A DNA stretch of 62,291 bases, taken from the IMG/VR virus record IMGVR_UViG_3300045988_160201; one strand, given 5' to 3'. The notes under the pieces are model-generated. The model was not told the DNA's origin. It searched no databases and saw nothing but the letters and a program-made list of their open reading frames with translations. This stretch comes from a virus. Positions within the stretch are counted from its first letter, which is position 1. Every line of letters begins with the position of its first letter. The translations under genes were made by a program, and so were the position numbers. This document shows positions 9,235 through 17,367 of the stretch, piece after piece.

Positions 9235-9935
9235 GGCTTGTATATTAAAGGATTATTATATCTGTCTCTTAATATAACATCTGGATCGGATGGATTTTCT
9301 GTTGTAAGCACATCCATGCCTGTGCAACCTATTCCTGTATAAAGGTTGTCTCTGTTGCGTTGTCCGTAGTCTGCATTTCCGGACTGGCTCTGTTGTAATT
9401 CATAGTCATTGTTATTGCGCTGTTCGTAGTCGGCATTTCCGGACTGGCTCTGTTGCAACTCATAGTCATTATTATTGCGCTGTTCGTAGTCGGCTTCTGG
9501 TACGATGAATTCTGATCGTTGGTTTAGGGCGGATACTATTTTTTTCAAGTATCCGGATGCACTGGTCCTGTATCCTTCACAAAGTTCTTTATCCGTTGTA
9601 GGCTCCAGCCATGCGGCTGCAAGATAATGTGAAGCATACAGTCTCATTGCCGTGCGTATCATGTCCGTGATACCTTCATCCATGCGTATGAAGTTTTTGA
9701 ATTCAATGATAATTTCATTCCCGGAAGAGGTCATGTTTATATCATTACTGTCTTTAATCTTGCGCCGAAGCTCGCCTTCCGCTTCATTTACTGCGGCGGT
9801 AAGATAAAGATCCAGTACAGCTTCATTGTCTTCTGTTGCTGCTATATCTGGATAATTACCGCCGGCTTTTCCTGCCCGGGCTGTAAGCGCAATGACATAT
9901 TTGAATATTTCCGGTTTGTTTATGGATGTTTTCAT
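9231..9935 (-). CDS. Head-tail connector (gp6-like) candidate carrying a tandem 20-aa repeat
   Basis: The segment ...TEDNEAVLDLYLTAAVNEAEGELRR... resembles the gp6-like connector pattern. The ATG at 9935 is 5 nt after the upstream stop; the listed start 9953 is an extension. Confidence 0.45.
   Translation of the reverse strand: MKTSINKPEIFKYVIALTARAGKAGGNYPDIAATEDNEAVLDLYLTAAVNEAEGELRRKIKDSNDINMTSSGNEIIIEFKNFIRMDEGITDMIRTAMRLYASHYLAAAWLEPTTDKELCEGYRTSASGYLKKIVSALNQRSEFIVPEADYEQRNNNDYELQQSQSGNADYEQRNNNDYELQQSQSGNADYGQRNRDNLYTGIGCTGMDVLTTENPSDPDVILRDRYNNPLIYKP
9351..9496 (-). repeat. 60-bp tandem repeat, about 2.3 copies, coding
   Basis: 9361-9420 and 9421-9480 are near-identical, and 9481-9496 begins a third unit. 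The repeat encodes (ADYEQRNNNDYELQQSQSGN)x2 plus a partial unit. Confidence 0.9.
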
Positions 9936-9940
9936 AAGTC

Positions 9941-10387
9941 TTAACTGTTGCAAAGTGCATATTCTTTGGTCATTTTCTTATAATTGTCAAAGGCTTTTTC
10001 AAATTCTTTCTTCTCATCTATCTTCTGTGAGTTCCATGGAATGAAGGAAGCGATGGATTCGAGTGCGTATTTCCAGTTTCCCTTGAAGCAGATGGCACGG
10101 TCGTCTAAATATATGTCGGCTATGGGCTTTCCGGAATTGCTGCCTTTAGGCTGATCCGGGTTTTCGTTTATGTAATCATAAGTGATGTGATTATCATTCA
10201 GGTATTTCTTTAATTTGGAACTGGCGGTGCGTGTTGTGAAAATGATGATTGTGAATCCTTTCTTTTTTAGGACTTCCATGGCACTTTGTACACCATCAAT
10301 CGGATCACCGAAGATGTCATTACCTTTAAATCCGTCGTATTGTGCTATGACTCCGTCAAAATCCACACATATTGTTTTCTTTTCCAT
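9941..10387 (-). CDS. HAD-superfamily phosphatase (5'-nucleotidase-like)
   Basis: Motif I is CVDFDGV, motif II is IIIFTTRT, and motifs III/IV are GKPIADIYLDDR. Confidence 0.7.
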   Translation of the reverse strand: MEKKTICVDFDGVIAQYDGFKGNDIFGDPIDGVQSAMEVLKKKGFTIIIFTTRTASSKLKKYLNDNHITYDYINENPDQPKGSNSGKPIADIYLDDRAICFKGNWKYALESIASFIPWNSQKIDEKKEFEKAFDNYKKMTKEYALCNS

Positions 10388-10407
10388 ATAAAAAACGATT
10401 AATAGTA

Positions 10408-10415
10408 CAAATATA
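10408..10415 (-). promoter_or_regulatory. TAnnTTTG -7 box (TATATTTG on the minus strand) for the HAD/connector operon
   Basis: Plus strand reads caaatata. It lies 21 nt upstream of the ATG at 10387. Confidence 0.4.
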
Positions 10416-10486
10416 ATCTCATCTGCCGTATCTGCTTTGATATAATGCTGACTGCATTATATACATTCGTCCAGTTCTTATTAAGC

Positions 10487-10494
10487 TATTTTTG
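10487..10494 (+). promoter_or_regulatory. TAnnTTTG -7 box (TATTTTTG) for the portal operon
   Basis: Lies 14 nt upstream of the ATG at 10508. Confidence 0.4.
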
Positions 10495-10507
10495 TCGTAA
10501 AAGAATA

Positions 10508-12418
10508 ATGAACATGCGCGATAACGAACAAATATCTGACTCCTTGCTTTACGGGCATCGAAAATTCGACGGACAGCGGCGGGCCAAGAGATGGCTGCAT
10601 GTAGCCTATAATGCATATTGCCGTCTTGCTCCTTTCAGAAAGATGCGTGCCGAATGCAAATCGTATGCCTACGGAAAACAGTATGAGAGGCAGATTGTTT
10701 ACAACGGGCGGCATATAACGAAGGAGCAATATCTTAAGGAGAAGGGTATACCTGCATTGCAGACCAACATATTGGGTAAGATCAAACGGGTCGTACAAGG
10801 GCAGTTCAGAATGAACGATACCGCGCCGGTATGCAATGCTGTTGATCCGGAGGAGAAGGAATATGCGGACATTATGTCAGCCTTACTCCGGCAGAACATG
10901 AAGCTCAACAGGCGTTCAGAACTGGATGCGCGTACTTTTGAGGAATATCTTATATCCGGTCTGCCTATATATAAAATTTCATGGGCTTATCGTCGTGGAA
11001 AACTGGACGTGTTCACTGATTATGTAAATCCGAACTTTGTATTCTTTCCTGACAGTCTTGATTTCAATCTTGCAGACATACGGTTTTGTGGTCTCCTTCA
11101 TGATCTTGACTTCTCCGAGGTGCTTGCTTTGTTCTCACATTCGGATTCTGATGATATAAAGTTGAAGGAGATATATAACCATTGCCTTGATAATGAATAT
11201 ATCGCCTCGCAGTTCAGCCGTGACACACGCACGTCACAGATTGAATCCACCGATTTCTACTATCCTTCGGAATTCGGAAAATGCCGTGTTATTGAATTAT
11301 GGACGAAGGAGAGGAGGAAGGCCTGGTTTTGTAATGATCCCTTGGAGAGTGAGCCTTATTTTGTTCCTTATGATCAGAAAGAGAGCATTAAGGAAATAAA
11401 CCGTAGCCGTCTTAAACTTAATATAAAACGTAATCCTGATGGATCCCCCATGCTAGATACGGACGGGGCTCCCGTTACATTCATGGATCCGGATAAATAT
11501 GCGGCCGAGAATCTGATCACTTATGAACGGAGAATCGAGACGTATTGGTATTACCGTTATCTTTCCCCGGACGGATTTGTGTTGGAGGAAGGACAAAGTC
11601 CGTATTGGAATGGATCCGAATCTTTCCATCCGTTTGTGTTCAAACCATATCCCTACATTGACGGAGAATTTCATCCGTTCATATCTGAAATTATCCCGTC
11701 TCAGGAATATTTCAATTACTACATGGTAGCCCTTGATTTTTATATTCGTAATGCGGCCAAGGGTGTGTTGATGATAGATGAACAGTCCTTGTCTGACAAC
11801 ATGAGTATAGAGGATATAGCGGAGCAGTATGTGAAGAGTAACGGCGTAATATTATATACAAGCAAAAGATCTGGCAATGCCCCTGATACAAAGACCGCAT
11901 CATCCATTCCGGGAGGCTTCGACTATATCATACAACTGTCACGTTCCATGGTGGAGGACGTGTCAGGAGTCCAAGCGGCACTACAAGGTAAATCGGGAAG
12001 TTCTGAGAGCGGTGTGCTTTATCAGGCAAAGGCCGCACAGGCCTCATCATCCATACTGGATCTTATAAATACATTCAATTCATTTCTTACTGAAGTGGCA
12101 TATAAGGTAGTAAAAGTGATGCAATGTTTCTATACAGGCCCGAAAGCGGTCAATGTCGCCGGTGAATCCATTCCCTATAATATGGATACAATGTATGATA
12201 TTGACATTGATATCTCAATTAGCGAGGATAGCGACAGCCCGGTATACAGGGCGTTGACAAACCAGCTTTTAATGGCACAGGCTGAGAAGGGGCTTATACC
12301 GTTCAAGGCGGCATTGGAAGCCGGCAATTTCCCGAACTCCAGTAAGATTATAGCGGTACTGGAAAGATATGAGAAACAGTTACAGGAGCAGCAGGCAGCG
12401 CAACAGATGATGTCATAA
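10508..12418 (+). CDS. Portal protein candidate (636 aa)
   Basis: Size and layout fit a portal. The N-terminal segment ...SYAYGKQYE...NILGKIKRVV... is portal-like and the C-terminal tail is Gln-rich. The ATG at 10508 is preferred over the listed 10445. Confidence 0.6.
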   Translation: MNMRDNEQISDSLLYGHRKFDGQRRAKRWLHVAYNAYCRLAPFRKMRAECKSYAYGKQYERQIVYNGRHITKEQYLKEKGIPALQTNILGKIKRVVQGQFRMNDTAPVCNAVDPEEKEYADIMSALLRQNMKLNRRSELDARTFEEYLISGLPIYKISWAYRRGKLDVFTDYVNPNFVFFPDSLDFNLADIRFCGLLHDLDFSEVLALFSHSDSDDIKLKEIYNHCLDNEYIASQFSRDTRTSQIESTDFYYPSEFGKCRVIELWTKERRKAWFCNDPLESEPYFVPYDQKESIKEINRSRLKLNIKRNPDGSPMLDTDGAPVTFMDPDKYAAENLITYERRIETYWYYRYLSPDGFVLEEGQSPYWNGSESFHPFVFKPYPYIDGEFHPFISEIIPSQEYFNYYMVALDFYIRNAAKGVLMIDEQSLSDNMSIEDIAEQYVKSNGVILYTSKRSGNAPDTKTASSIPGGFDYIIQLSRSMVEDVSGVQAALQGKSGSSESGVLYQAKAAQASSSILDLINTFNSFLTEVAYKVVKVMQCFYTGPKAVNVAGESIPYNMDTMYDIDIDISISEDSDSPVYRALTNQLLMAQAEKGLIPFKAALEAGNFPNSSKIIAVLERYEKQLQEQQAAQQMMS

Positions 12419-12472
12419 GTAGTGATTGGAAATTTTAATATTTCTTATAATGATGGATTATACAATAATTAA

Positions 12473-13102
12473 ATGGTGAATGTAATGGAGATAGATATTG
12501 CAAACATTATTAGTGCTGCCGGAACATTGCTGGCAGCTTATTTCGCCTATAATCAGTATACCAAAAACAAGCTGACTGATTTGAAAGTGGAATATTTTAA
12601 ACAAGAGGAGAAAAGAAGAAGTTACCACCGCAGCGAAAATTCCGCCAAGGTGTTCGGTGAGCTGTGGCGTGTACTTTATGAAACGAAAGCAGACAGGTTA
12701 TATATCGTACAACCCCATCCTTTGGGGAATATAGCTTTTCTTTCGGTGCAGTTCGAGGTAAAACGAAAAGGTATAGCCGGGATGCGTGAAAGCATTCAAT
12801 CACTTCCCATGAGTGAAGTGGCCGTTTTTGCAGAAAATCTCGCAAAGAATCTTTTCATGTTCTATTCAGATATTGATAATCAGGTTAAGGATAAGGTTGC
12901 CAAATCTCTATTATCAACAAATGGATGCAACAGCGTCGCTATTAAACGGCTTAATTCATCTCAAGATTGGGTTGGAAATATATTTTGTGAGTTTACAGAT
13001 GAAACGGATTTAAATGAAGATGAACTTCATAAGGTCTTGCATGAAGCAGCGGTTAACATACAATATATCCTGCCGGAATTCAAAGAAAATAAAATCGAAT
13101 AA
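12473..13102 (+). CDS. Class III (T4 T-like topology) holin candidate (209 aa)
   Basis: Single N-terminal TM (IANIISAAGTLLAAYFAYNQY) plus a large soluble domain. It lies immediately upstream of the endolysin. Confidence 0.35.
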   Translation: MVNVMEIDIANIISAAGTLLAAYFAYNQYTKNKLTDLKVEYFKQEEKRRSYHRSENSAKVFGELWRVLYETKADRLYIVQPHPLGNIAFLSVQFEVKRKGIAGMRESIQSLPMSEVAVFAENLAKNLFMFYSDIDNQVKDKVAKSLLSTNGCNSVAIKRLNSSQDWVGNIFCEFTDETDLNEDELHKVLHEAAVNIQYILPEFKENKIE

Positions 13103-13111
13103 TTATAATTA

Positions 13112-13639
13112 ATGAGTAGTATGGCTGACGTAAGAAAACTTGCACCGTTTATCCTAAAGTGGGAAGGCGGTTTTATTGATGATCCTGATGACTTGGGCGG
13201 AGCTACCAATATGGGGGTGACTATCGGAACCTATGAGGCATATTGCCGAAAGAAAGGATATTCCAAGCCTACAGTTGAAAGATTGAAAAATCTCACAAAA
13301 GAGGAATGGACGGAAATCTTGAAAACCATGTACTGGGACAGATGGAAGGCTGATGAGATAAAATCGCAATCAGTTGCTGATATATTGGTTGATTGGGTCT
13401 GGGCATCCGGTGCGCACGGAATTAAGATTCCTCAACGTTTGCTTGGTGTTAAGGTGGATGGCATTGTAGGTCCCAAGACCATTGCCGCGGTAAATGCCAA
13501 GAATCCGCGTGAGTTGTTCGACATAATCAAGATTGCACGGTTTGATTTCATTGAAGATATTTGTCATCAGCGTCCGACCAATAATAAATTTAAGAGAGGC
13601 TGGATGAACCGTATCAATGATATAAAATTTGAGAGATGA
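13112..13639 (+). CDS. Endolysin, GH108 lysozyme with a PG_binding_3-like C-terminus
   Basis: [24 protein letters not shown] matches the GH108 signature. [18 protein letters not shown] is a peptidoglycan-binding motif. Confidence 0.85.
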   Translation: MSSMADVRKLAPFILKWEGGFIDDPDDLGGATNMGVTIGTYEAYCRKKGYSKPTVERLKNLTKEEWTEILKTMYWDRWKADEIKSQSVADILVDWVWASGAHGIKIPQRLLGVKVDGIVGPKTIAAVNAKNPRELFDIIKIARFDFIEDICHQRPTNNKFKRGWMNRINDIKFER

Positions 13640-14100
13640 GACAAAGAATCTATATATGGATTGCGGTAGTGATAGTGCTTTTATTTGTCTTTTCGTGTAA
13701 GACCAGATATGTTCCTGTGGAGATCAAGACAACGGAAACAGTGGAAGTACATGATACCACCATAACAGAAAGACTGGTCCCATACAAAGATAGTACTGCG
13801 ACACGTGACACTGTATCTTTTCTTTCCAACCCTTATGCGTACAGCTGGGCTAGATATTCAGGTGGAATATTGCAACATTCGCTGGGAATATGGCCAAATT
13901 CGGTACTTATAGTAACTGTACCTCATTATATGACGGTAACCAAGCGAATCGAAGTACCTAAGATTGTAGAGGTGGAGAAAAAATTAAACTGGTGGCAAAA
14001 AACAAAAATAGAGATAGGTGGATGGTCTATGATAATGAATATATTGCTTATATCTATGATGATTGTCAGATGGTTAAGAAAAAAAAGGAGGTGCCCGTAA
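13636..14100 (+). CDS. Unimolecular spanin (u-spanin) candidate
   Basis: N-terminal lipoprotein-like signal (...VLLFVFSC) and a C-terminal TM ([21 protein letters not shown]). ATGA overlap with the endolysin. Confidence 0.55.
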   Translation: MRQRIYIWIAVVIVLLFVFSCKTRYVPVEIKTTETVEVHDTTITERLVPYKDSTATRDTVSFLSNPYAYSWARYSGGILQHSLGIWPNSVLIVTVPHYMTVTKRIEVPKIVEVEKKLNWWQKTKIEIGGWSMIMNILLISMMIVRWLRKKRRCP

Positions 14101-14153
14101 TTTATAGATTGTATTTTTTTCAATTCAGTCTTTCGTTATAACAAAAATCTTCG

Positions 14154-14286
14154 GCGGTCCGGATTGTAAGAAAAGGACCGCACGCTCCTTATCAGGTAGA
14201 AGTCGCTAAGGAGAAACAATACGTCGGAACAAGAATTGTTTTGCGGTCCCAGACTGCTTAACAATTTTCCGACGTATTTTGTTTAT
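14154..14286 (+). promoter_or_regulatory. Three consecutive hairpins (structured leader or operator cluster) upstream of the 14302 gene
   Basis: H1 pairs gcggtcc (14154-60) with ggaccgc (14175-81). H2 pairs ctcctta (14185-91) with taaggag (14207-13). H3 spans 14214-14284 (12+4+7 bp). The H3 loop repeats gcggtcc at 14243-49. Confidence 0.5.
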
Positions 14287-14301
14287 CCAAACAGTGATTA
14301 T

Positions 14302-14598
14302 ATGAAAAGTGATGAAATATATAAGGATGTATTGCAGGTTGTCGCTTCAGTGACGGGAATATCTGAAACAGGTATTATACATAGCAATAAAGAGGAGTGT
14401 GCGAACGCCAGATATCTTCTTGTGCGTTATTTAGCCAAGATTTTCTCTGATACGGAGATAGCGTCATTGACTAACAGGACCAAACAGGCTGTAGGATCGA
14501 TGCGGCGGAATGCTAAAAAACAAGGGGTATGGATTGTGGAAAACAATTGGAAAGAAATAGTAAATAAATTGGAAAATAAATATTTTATTTGCAAGTAA
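14302..14598 (+). CDS. Small HTH protein, DnaA-C-terminal-like (98 aa)
   Basis: ...ISETGIIHSNKEECANARYLLVRYLAKIFSDTEIASLTNRTKQAV... resembles the DnaA domain IV HTH pattern. The ATG at 14302 is preferred over the TTG at 14236. Confidence 0.4.
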   Translation: MKSDEIYKDVLQVVASVTGISETGIIHSNKEECANARYLLVRYLAKIFSDTEIASLTNRTKQAVGSMRRNAKKQGVWIVENNWKEIVNKLENKYFICK

Positions 14599-14620
14599 CT
14601 TATTCCGTAATTTGCCTTTG

Positions 14621-14636
14621 CGGTCAATATTGACCG
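14621..14636. promoter_or_regulatory. Perfect 16-bp palindrome cggtcaatattgaccg (operator candidate)
   Basis: Read directly. It shares the GCGGTC half-site with 14154-60 and 14243-49. Confidence 0.45.
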
Positions 14637-14650
14637 TGATATGTAAAATC

Positions 14651-15139
14651 ATGATTATGGATAATGTAACAGGAATGAGCATCCAGGAATACGCCGCAAT
14701 GCGTGAGTTGGAGTGCGAACACAAAAAGGGATGGGGCGCTACCGCCGCTATCTGGGTTATCGCTGCTGTGATTGTTATTGCCTTCTTCGTGTACAGTTGG
14801 CATAATAACTGTAATGAAAAAGTACAATTTGCAGTAGGGTTGGCTAATCTGACAGGACGGGTTAACTGTATGGAACCTGATGTTCGTTGGGCTGGGCAGC
14901 AGTTGTATGCTGCTAACGGTGCAATTTCCGCTACCGTTCAGGGAGTGGGCGACATGAAGGCCAATTTCGGTGAGCAGCTGTTCCAGTTGAACAAGGAAGT
15001 CTTCTACAATGACGGTTGTGGCTGTGGCCGTGGCAGAAACGGAGGTTGTGGCGGTTGTGGAAACCGTGAGTTCCGACAGACATCTACATATAACTTGGCC
15101 AGTACCAATGTTACGGTGGATGAAACTTGCCGCAATTGA
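14651..15139 (+). CDS. Membrane protein with a Cys/Gly-rich C-terminal tract (162 aa)
   Basis: One TM (ATAAIWVIAAVIVIAFFVY). The tract DGCGCGRGRNGGCGGCGN is near the C-terminus. Confidence 0.5.
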   Translation: MIMDNVTGMSIQEYAAMRELECEHKKGWGATAAIWVIAAVIVIAFFVYSWHNNCNEKVQFAVGLANLTGRVNCMEPDVRWAGQQLYAANGAISATVQGVGDMKANFGEQLFQLNKEVFYNDGCGCGRGRNGGCGGCGNREFRQTSTYNLASTNVTVDETCRN

Positions 15140-15144
15140 TTTCG

Positions 15145-15175
15145 TGAGGGTGGGGATTCCACCCTCATTTATTAT
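15145..15175 (+). terminator. Intrinsic terminator
   Basis: 9-bp stem tgagggtgg/ccaccctca, loop ggatt, then tttatt. Confidence 0.75.
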
Positions 15176-15196
15176 TAATCGTAAAAAAGCTGGACT

Positions 15197-15454
15197 ATGT
15201 TTAAATCAAGAATAGAAATTAGGGAGTTTGCGGTAAGACAGGCTGTTGAGTTGCTCGGCACTGGTAGTCCTCAAAAGGATATTGTCGCAAAAGCTAGAGA
15301 TATTGAAGCCTATATAATAGGAGAGGCCGATTTGCCGGAAGTTTACAATGATACGGAAGCCATCAACGGTATTATGGGAAATGCGATGCAGATGCTGCAA
15401 GGCATATCCTGTTCGGAAATTCCGGTAGAGGATAAACCTGCCAAAAAGAAATAA
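15197..15454 (+). CDS. Hypothetical protein (85 aa)
   Basis: First ORF after the terminator. Confidence 0.5.
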   Translation: MFKSRIEIREFAVRQAVELLGTGSPQKDIVAKARDIEAYIIGEADLPEVYNDTEAINGIMGNAMQMLQGISCSEIPVEDKPAKKK

Positions 15455-15457
15455 GAG

Positions 15458-15874
15458 ATGGGGGTGTCCATGTTTCAGTCAAAGAAACCGCAGACAGAGT
15501 TGAAGTTTACGACACGTGCGGAAGCGTTCAGTTACATGCTTATGTATATGACTGAGGAAAAACATGCGGATCCGCTGGAGGCAGCGCAGAAAGCCAATGA
15601 ATTTGCAGACATCTTCGCCAAGAACATGGGTATCCCTCTTAAAATAGAGCCGGAACCACAGGGTGTCGATAAATACCTGTCAATGGCTACCAAGATTGCT
15701 AATTATATAGAAGAACATCCTAAGGTGGTTGAATACGGCATTCCGGCTTTGACATTCGTTGCCGGTCTGTTCACTGGGAAAAAAGTGGAGCAGGCCAATG
15801 ATAACATGTATGGGCAGCGTCCGGTACCGCCTCAACCGCAGGAAGAAATAGATTTTGATAAAATACCTGATTGA
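15458..15874 (+). CDS. Hypothetical protein (138 aa)
   Basis: Packed ORF with one hydrophobic segment (IPALTFVAGLFTG). Confidence 0.5.
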   Translation: MGVSMFQSKKPQTELKFTTRAEAFSYMLMYMTEEKHADPLEAAQKANEFADIFAKNMGIPLKIEPEPQGVDKYLSMATKIANYIEEHPKVVEYGIPALTFVAGLFTGKKVEQANDNMYGQRPVPPQPQEEIDFDKIPD

Positions 15875-15876
15875 TT

Positions 15877-16128
15877 ATGGCATTAAGGAAATTATATATT
15901 GTGGTGGATTGCGAGAACGACGAGCAGAAGGAAGCTGTTCAGACCGCATTCAACGAATTGTCTAATACGCGGGCTTTGACCAGCCGGACGGTTATCAGCA
16001 TGTATCCGTTTTTCAAAAAACATCGTGATGATCTGTTTGAGCTGTTCAATATGGTCAAGACAGGCGGTGTCAAATCGTTGTTGTCTGTAAGAGGTGGAAC
16101 ATTGATTAATAACTTGAGAAAGGGTTGA
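15877..16128 (+). CDS. Hypothetical protein (83 aa)
   Basis: The ATG is 2 nt after the upstream TGA (TGATTATG junction). Confidence 0.5.
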   Translation: MALRKLYIVVDCENDEQKEAVQTAFNELSNTRALTSRTVISMYPFFKKHRDDLFELFNMVKTGGVKSLLSVRGGTLINNLRKG

Positions 16129-16130
16129 TT

Positions 16131-16352
16131 ATGAGAGTGGAAGGCAAATGTATAGGTGATTGCAGCAAATGCCAGTTGCTGGCAAATGGTGAGGTGGATA
16201 TGATTCCGTGCATTCTTGACCAGATTTTTATCCGGACAAGGAAAATCGAGAAAGAAAACGCTTTTATCAGGAGAAGTCTTGATTCCATGATGCAGGACAG
16301 AAATACAATCCAACTTGCCGGTTTGAGTGATAACGAAGAGAAAACAGATTGA
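16131..16352 (+). CDS. Hypothetical protein (73 aa)
   Basis: Same TGATTATG stop-start junction. Confidence 0.5.
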   Translation: MRVEGKCIGDCSKCQLLANGEVDMIPCILDQIFIRTRKIEKENAFIRRSLDSMMQDRNTIQLAGLSDNEEKTD

Positions 16353-16354
16353 TT

Positions 16355-16843
16355 ATGAAGTATACATTCAAAGAAATGTTGGACGATGCGAAAAGGGCGG
16401 GTCTGACAAGTGACAAGGTCATGATGCGCAGTGCGGAAAGCATGAGCGAGCTTCTGTGCCTTGTGAAGGAAGAACATCCGGAACTGTACTGGAAATTTAT
16501 GCGTGAGCAACATGGAATCATGTATGGTAATCATTACAATGAAGCTTTTGCGATGTTTGATGTCGGCATGATGAGGTACATTGATAGGGATGGAAAGAAA
16601 TGTGAGGGTGCGCACTGGACGGCGGAACAGATAGAGGCAAGTACCCGGATGATGGGATTTCCGGCTGGAACTACGAAATGGGACAAGTATGTAGCGTTCA
16701 ATGCCTTTTATTCCGATCTTTGCACAGTTTATAATGATGAACAGATCATTAAAGGTGCTCATAAGTTCTATTTTGAGGATCAGGACTGGGGGGACACAAC
16801 AAAGATTTGGGATTATGTGTATTGCAAGAATGCAATGGTCTGA
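16355..16843 (+). CDS. Hypothetical conserved phage protein (162 aa)
   Basis: Same TGATTATG junction. The segment ...GNHYNEAFAMFDV...TKWDKYVAFNAFYSDL... resembles an uncharacterised phage family I recall. Confidence 0.55.
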   Translation: MKYTFKEMLDDAKRAGLTSDKVMMRSAESMSELLCLVKEEHPELYWKFMREQHGIMYGNHYNEAFAMFDVGMMRYIDRDGKKCEGAHWTAEQIEASTRMMGFPAGTTKWDKYVAFNAFYSDLCTVYNDEQIIKGAHKFYFEDQDWGDTTKIWDYVYCKNAMV

Positions 16844-16852
16844 TTCTTTGTA

Positions 16853-16903
16853 ACAGACGGTTTGTGCTTATCAAAAATCGAACCGTCTGTTTTTGATAAG
16901 CAC
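16853..16903. terminator. Bidirectional terminator with two overlapping alternative hairpins
   Basis: Hairpin A pairs acagacggtt with aaccgtctgt (16853-62/16881-90). Hairpin B pairs gtgcttatcaaaaa with tttttgataagcac (16864-77/16890-903). It lies between convergent genes. Confidence 0.7.
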
Positions 16904-17139
16904 TATGATTCCAGTTTTTCCCGTATTTCCTTCAGAAGCCGGAAAGAGCCTGCCATCTTGTAATTCCCAAGATTCTGTTCTGCCTGCATTATAAGGCTTT
17001 CTACTGTCAGAGGGAGGTCGGGAGAAAATGAGGATTTGTTGATTTGCAATGTTTTAGGTAATTCTCTCGTATTAAACCATTCCACCATTTCCCTTAATTC
17101 TTCCTCTGAGTAAGCTTCATGTGTTTTTGCATTTTTCAT
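16903..17139 (-). CDS. Hypothetical protein (78 aa), a single-gene minus-strand cassette
   Basis: It has its own -7 box (17163-70) and its own terminator. No function recognised. Confidence 0.55.
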   Translation of the reverse strand: MKNAKTHEAYSEEELREMVEWFNTRELPKTLQINKSSFSPDLPLTVESLIMQAEQNLGNYKMAGSFRLLKEIREKLES

Positions 17140-17162
17140 AATGATCTTGTTTTTGATTTCCG

Positions 17163-17170
17163 CAAAGATA
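17163..17170 (-). promoter_or_regulatory. TAnnTTTG -7 box (TATCTTTG on the minus strand)
   Basis: Plus strand reads caaagata. It lies 24 nt upstream of the ATG at 17139. Confidence 0.4.
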
Positions 17171-17367
17171 GTGATTTGAAAGCAAATCGCAACAGGAAAG
17201 CCGCAACAATAAACGCTTCTTCATTCTGCCAAATTCCTGCCAAATGTTGCCAAGTATGCCAGATATGCTAGATACTGACACAATTGGTGTATGTTGTTGA
17301 TGTGTTTCTTGCGCCACTTATATAATAGCCTCATCTTTGCCATACTGAGAAAAATTTATTGTTTAAT

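Noticed and set aside
16106-16762. 218-aa minus-strand ORF (and 15939..16313, 16267..16521)
   Set aside because: It is antisense to three tightly coupled plus-strand genes joined by TGATTATG junctions. The translation is Ser/Phe/His/Ile-rich with no motif. No promoter box or terminator supports it.
17117-17317. 66-aa minus-strand ORF
   Set aside because: It overlaps the start and promoter box of the 16903..17139 gene and the divergent promoter region. The translation is not protein-like.
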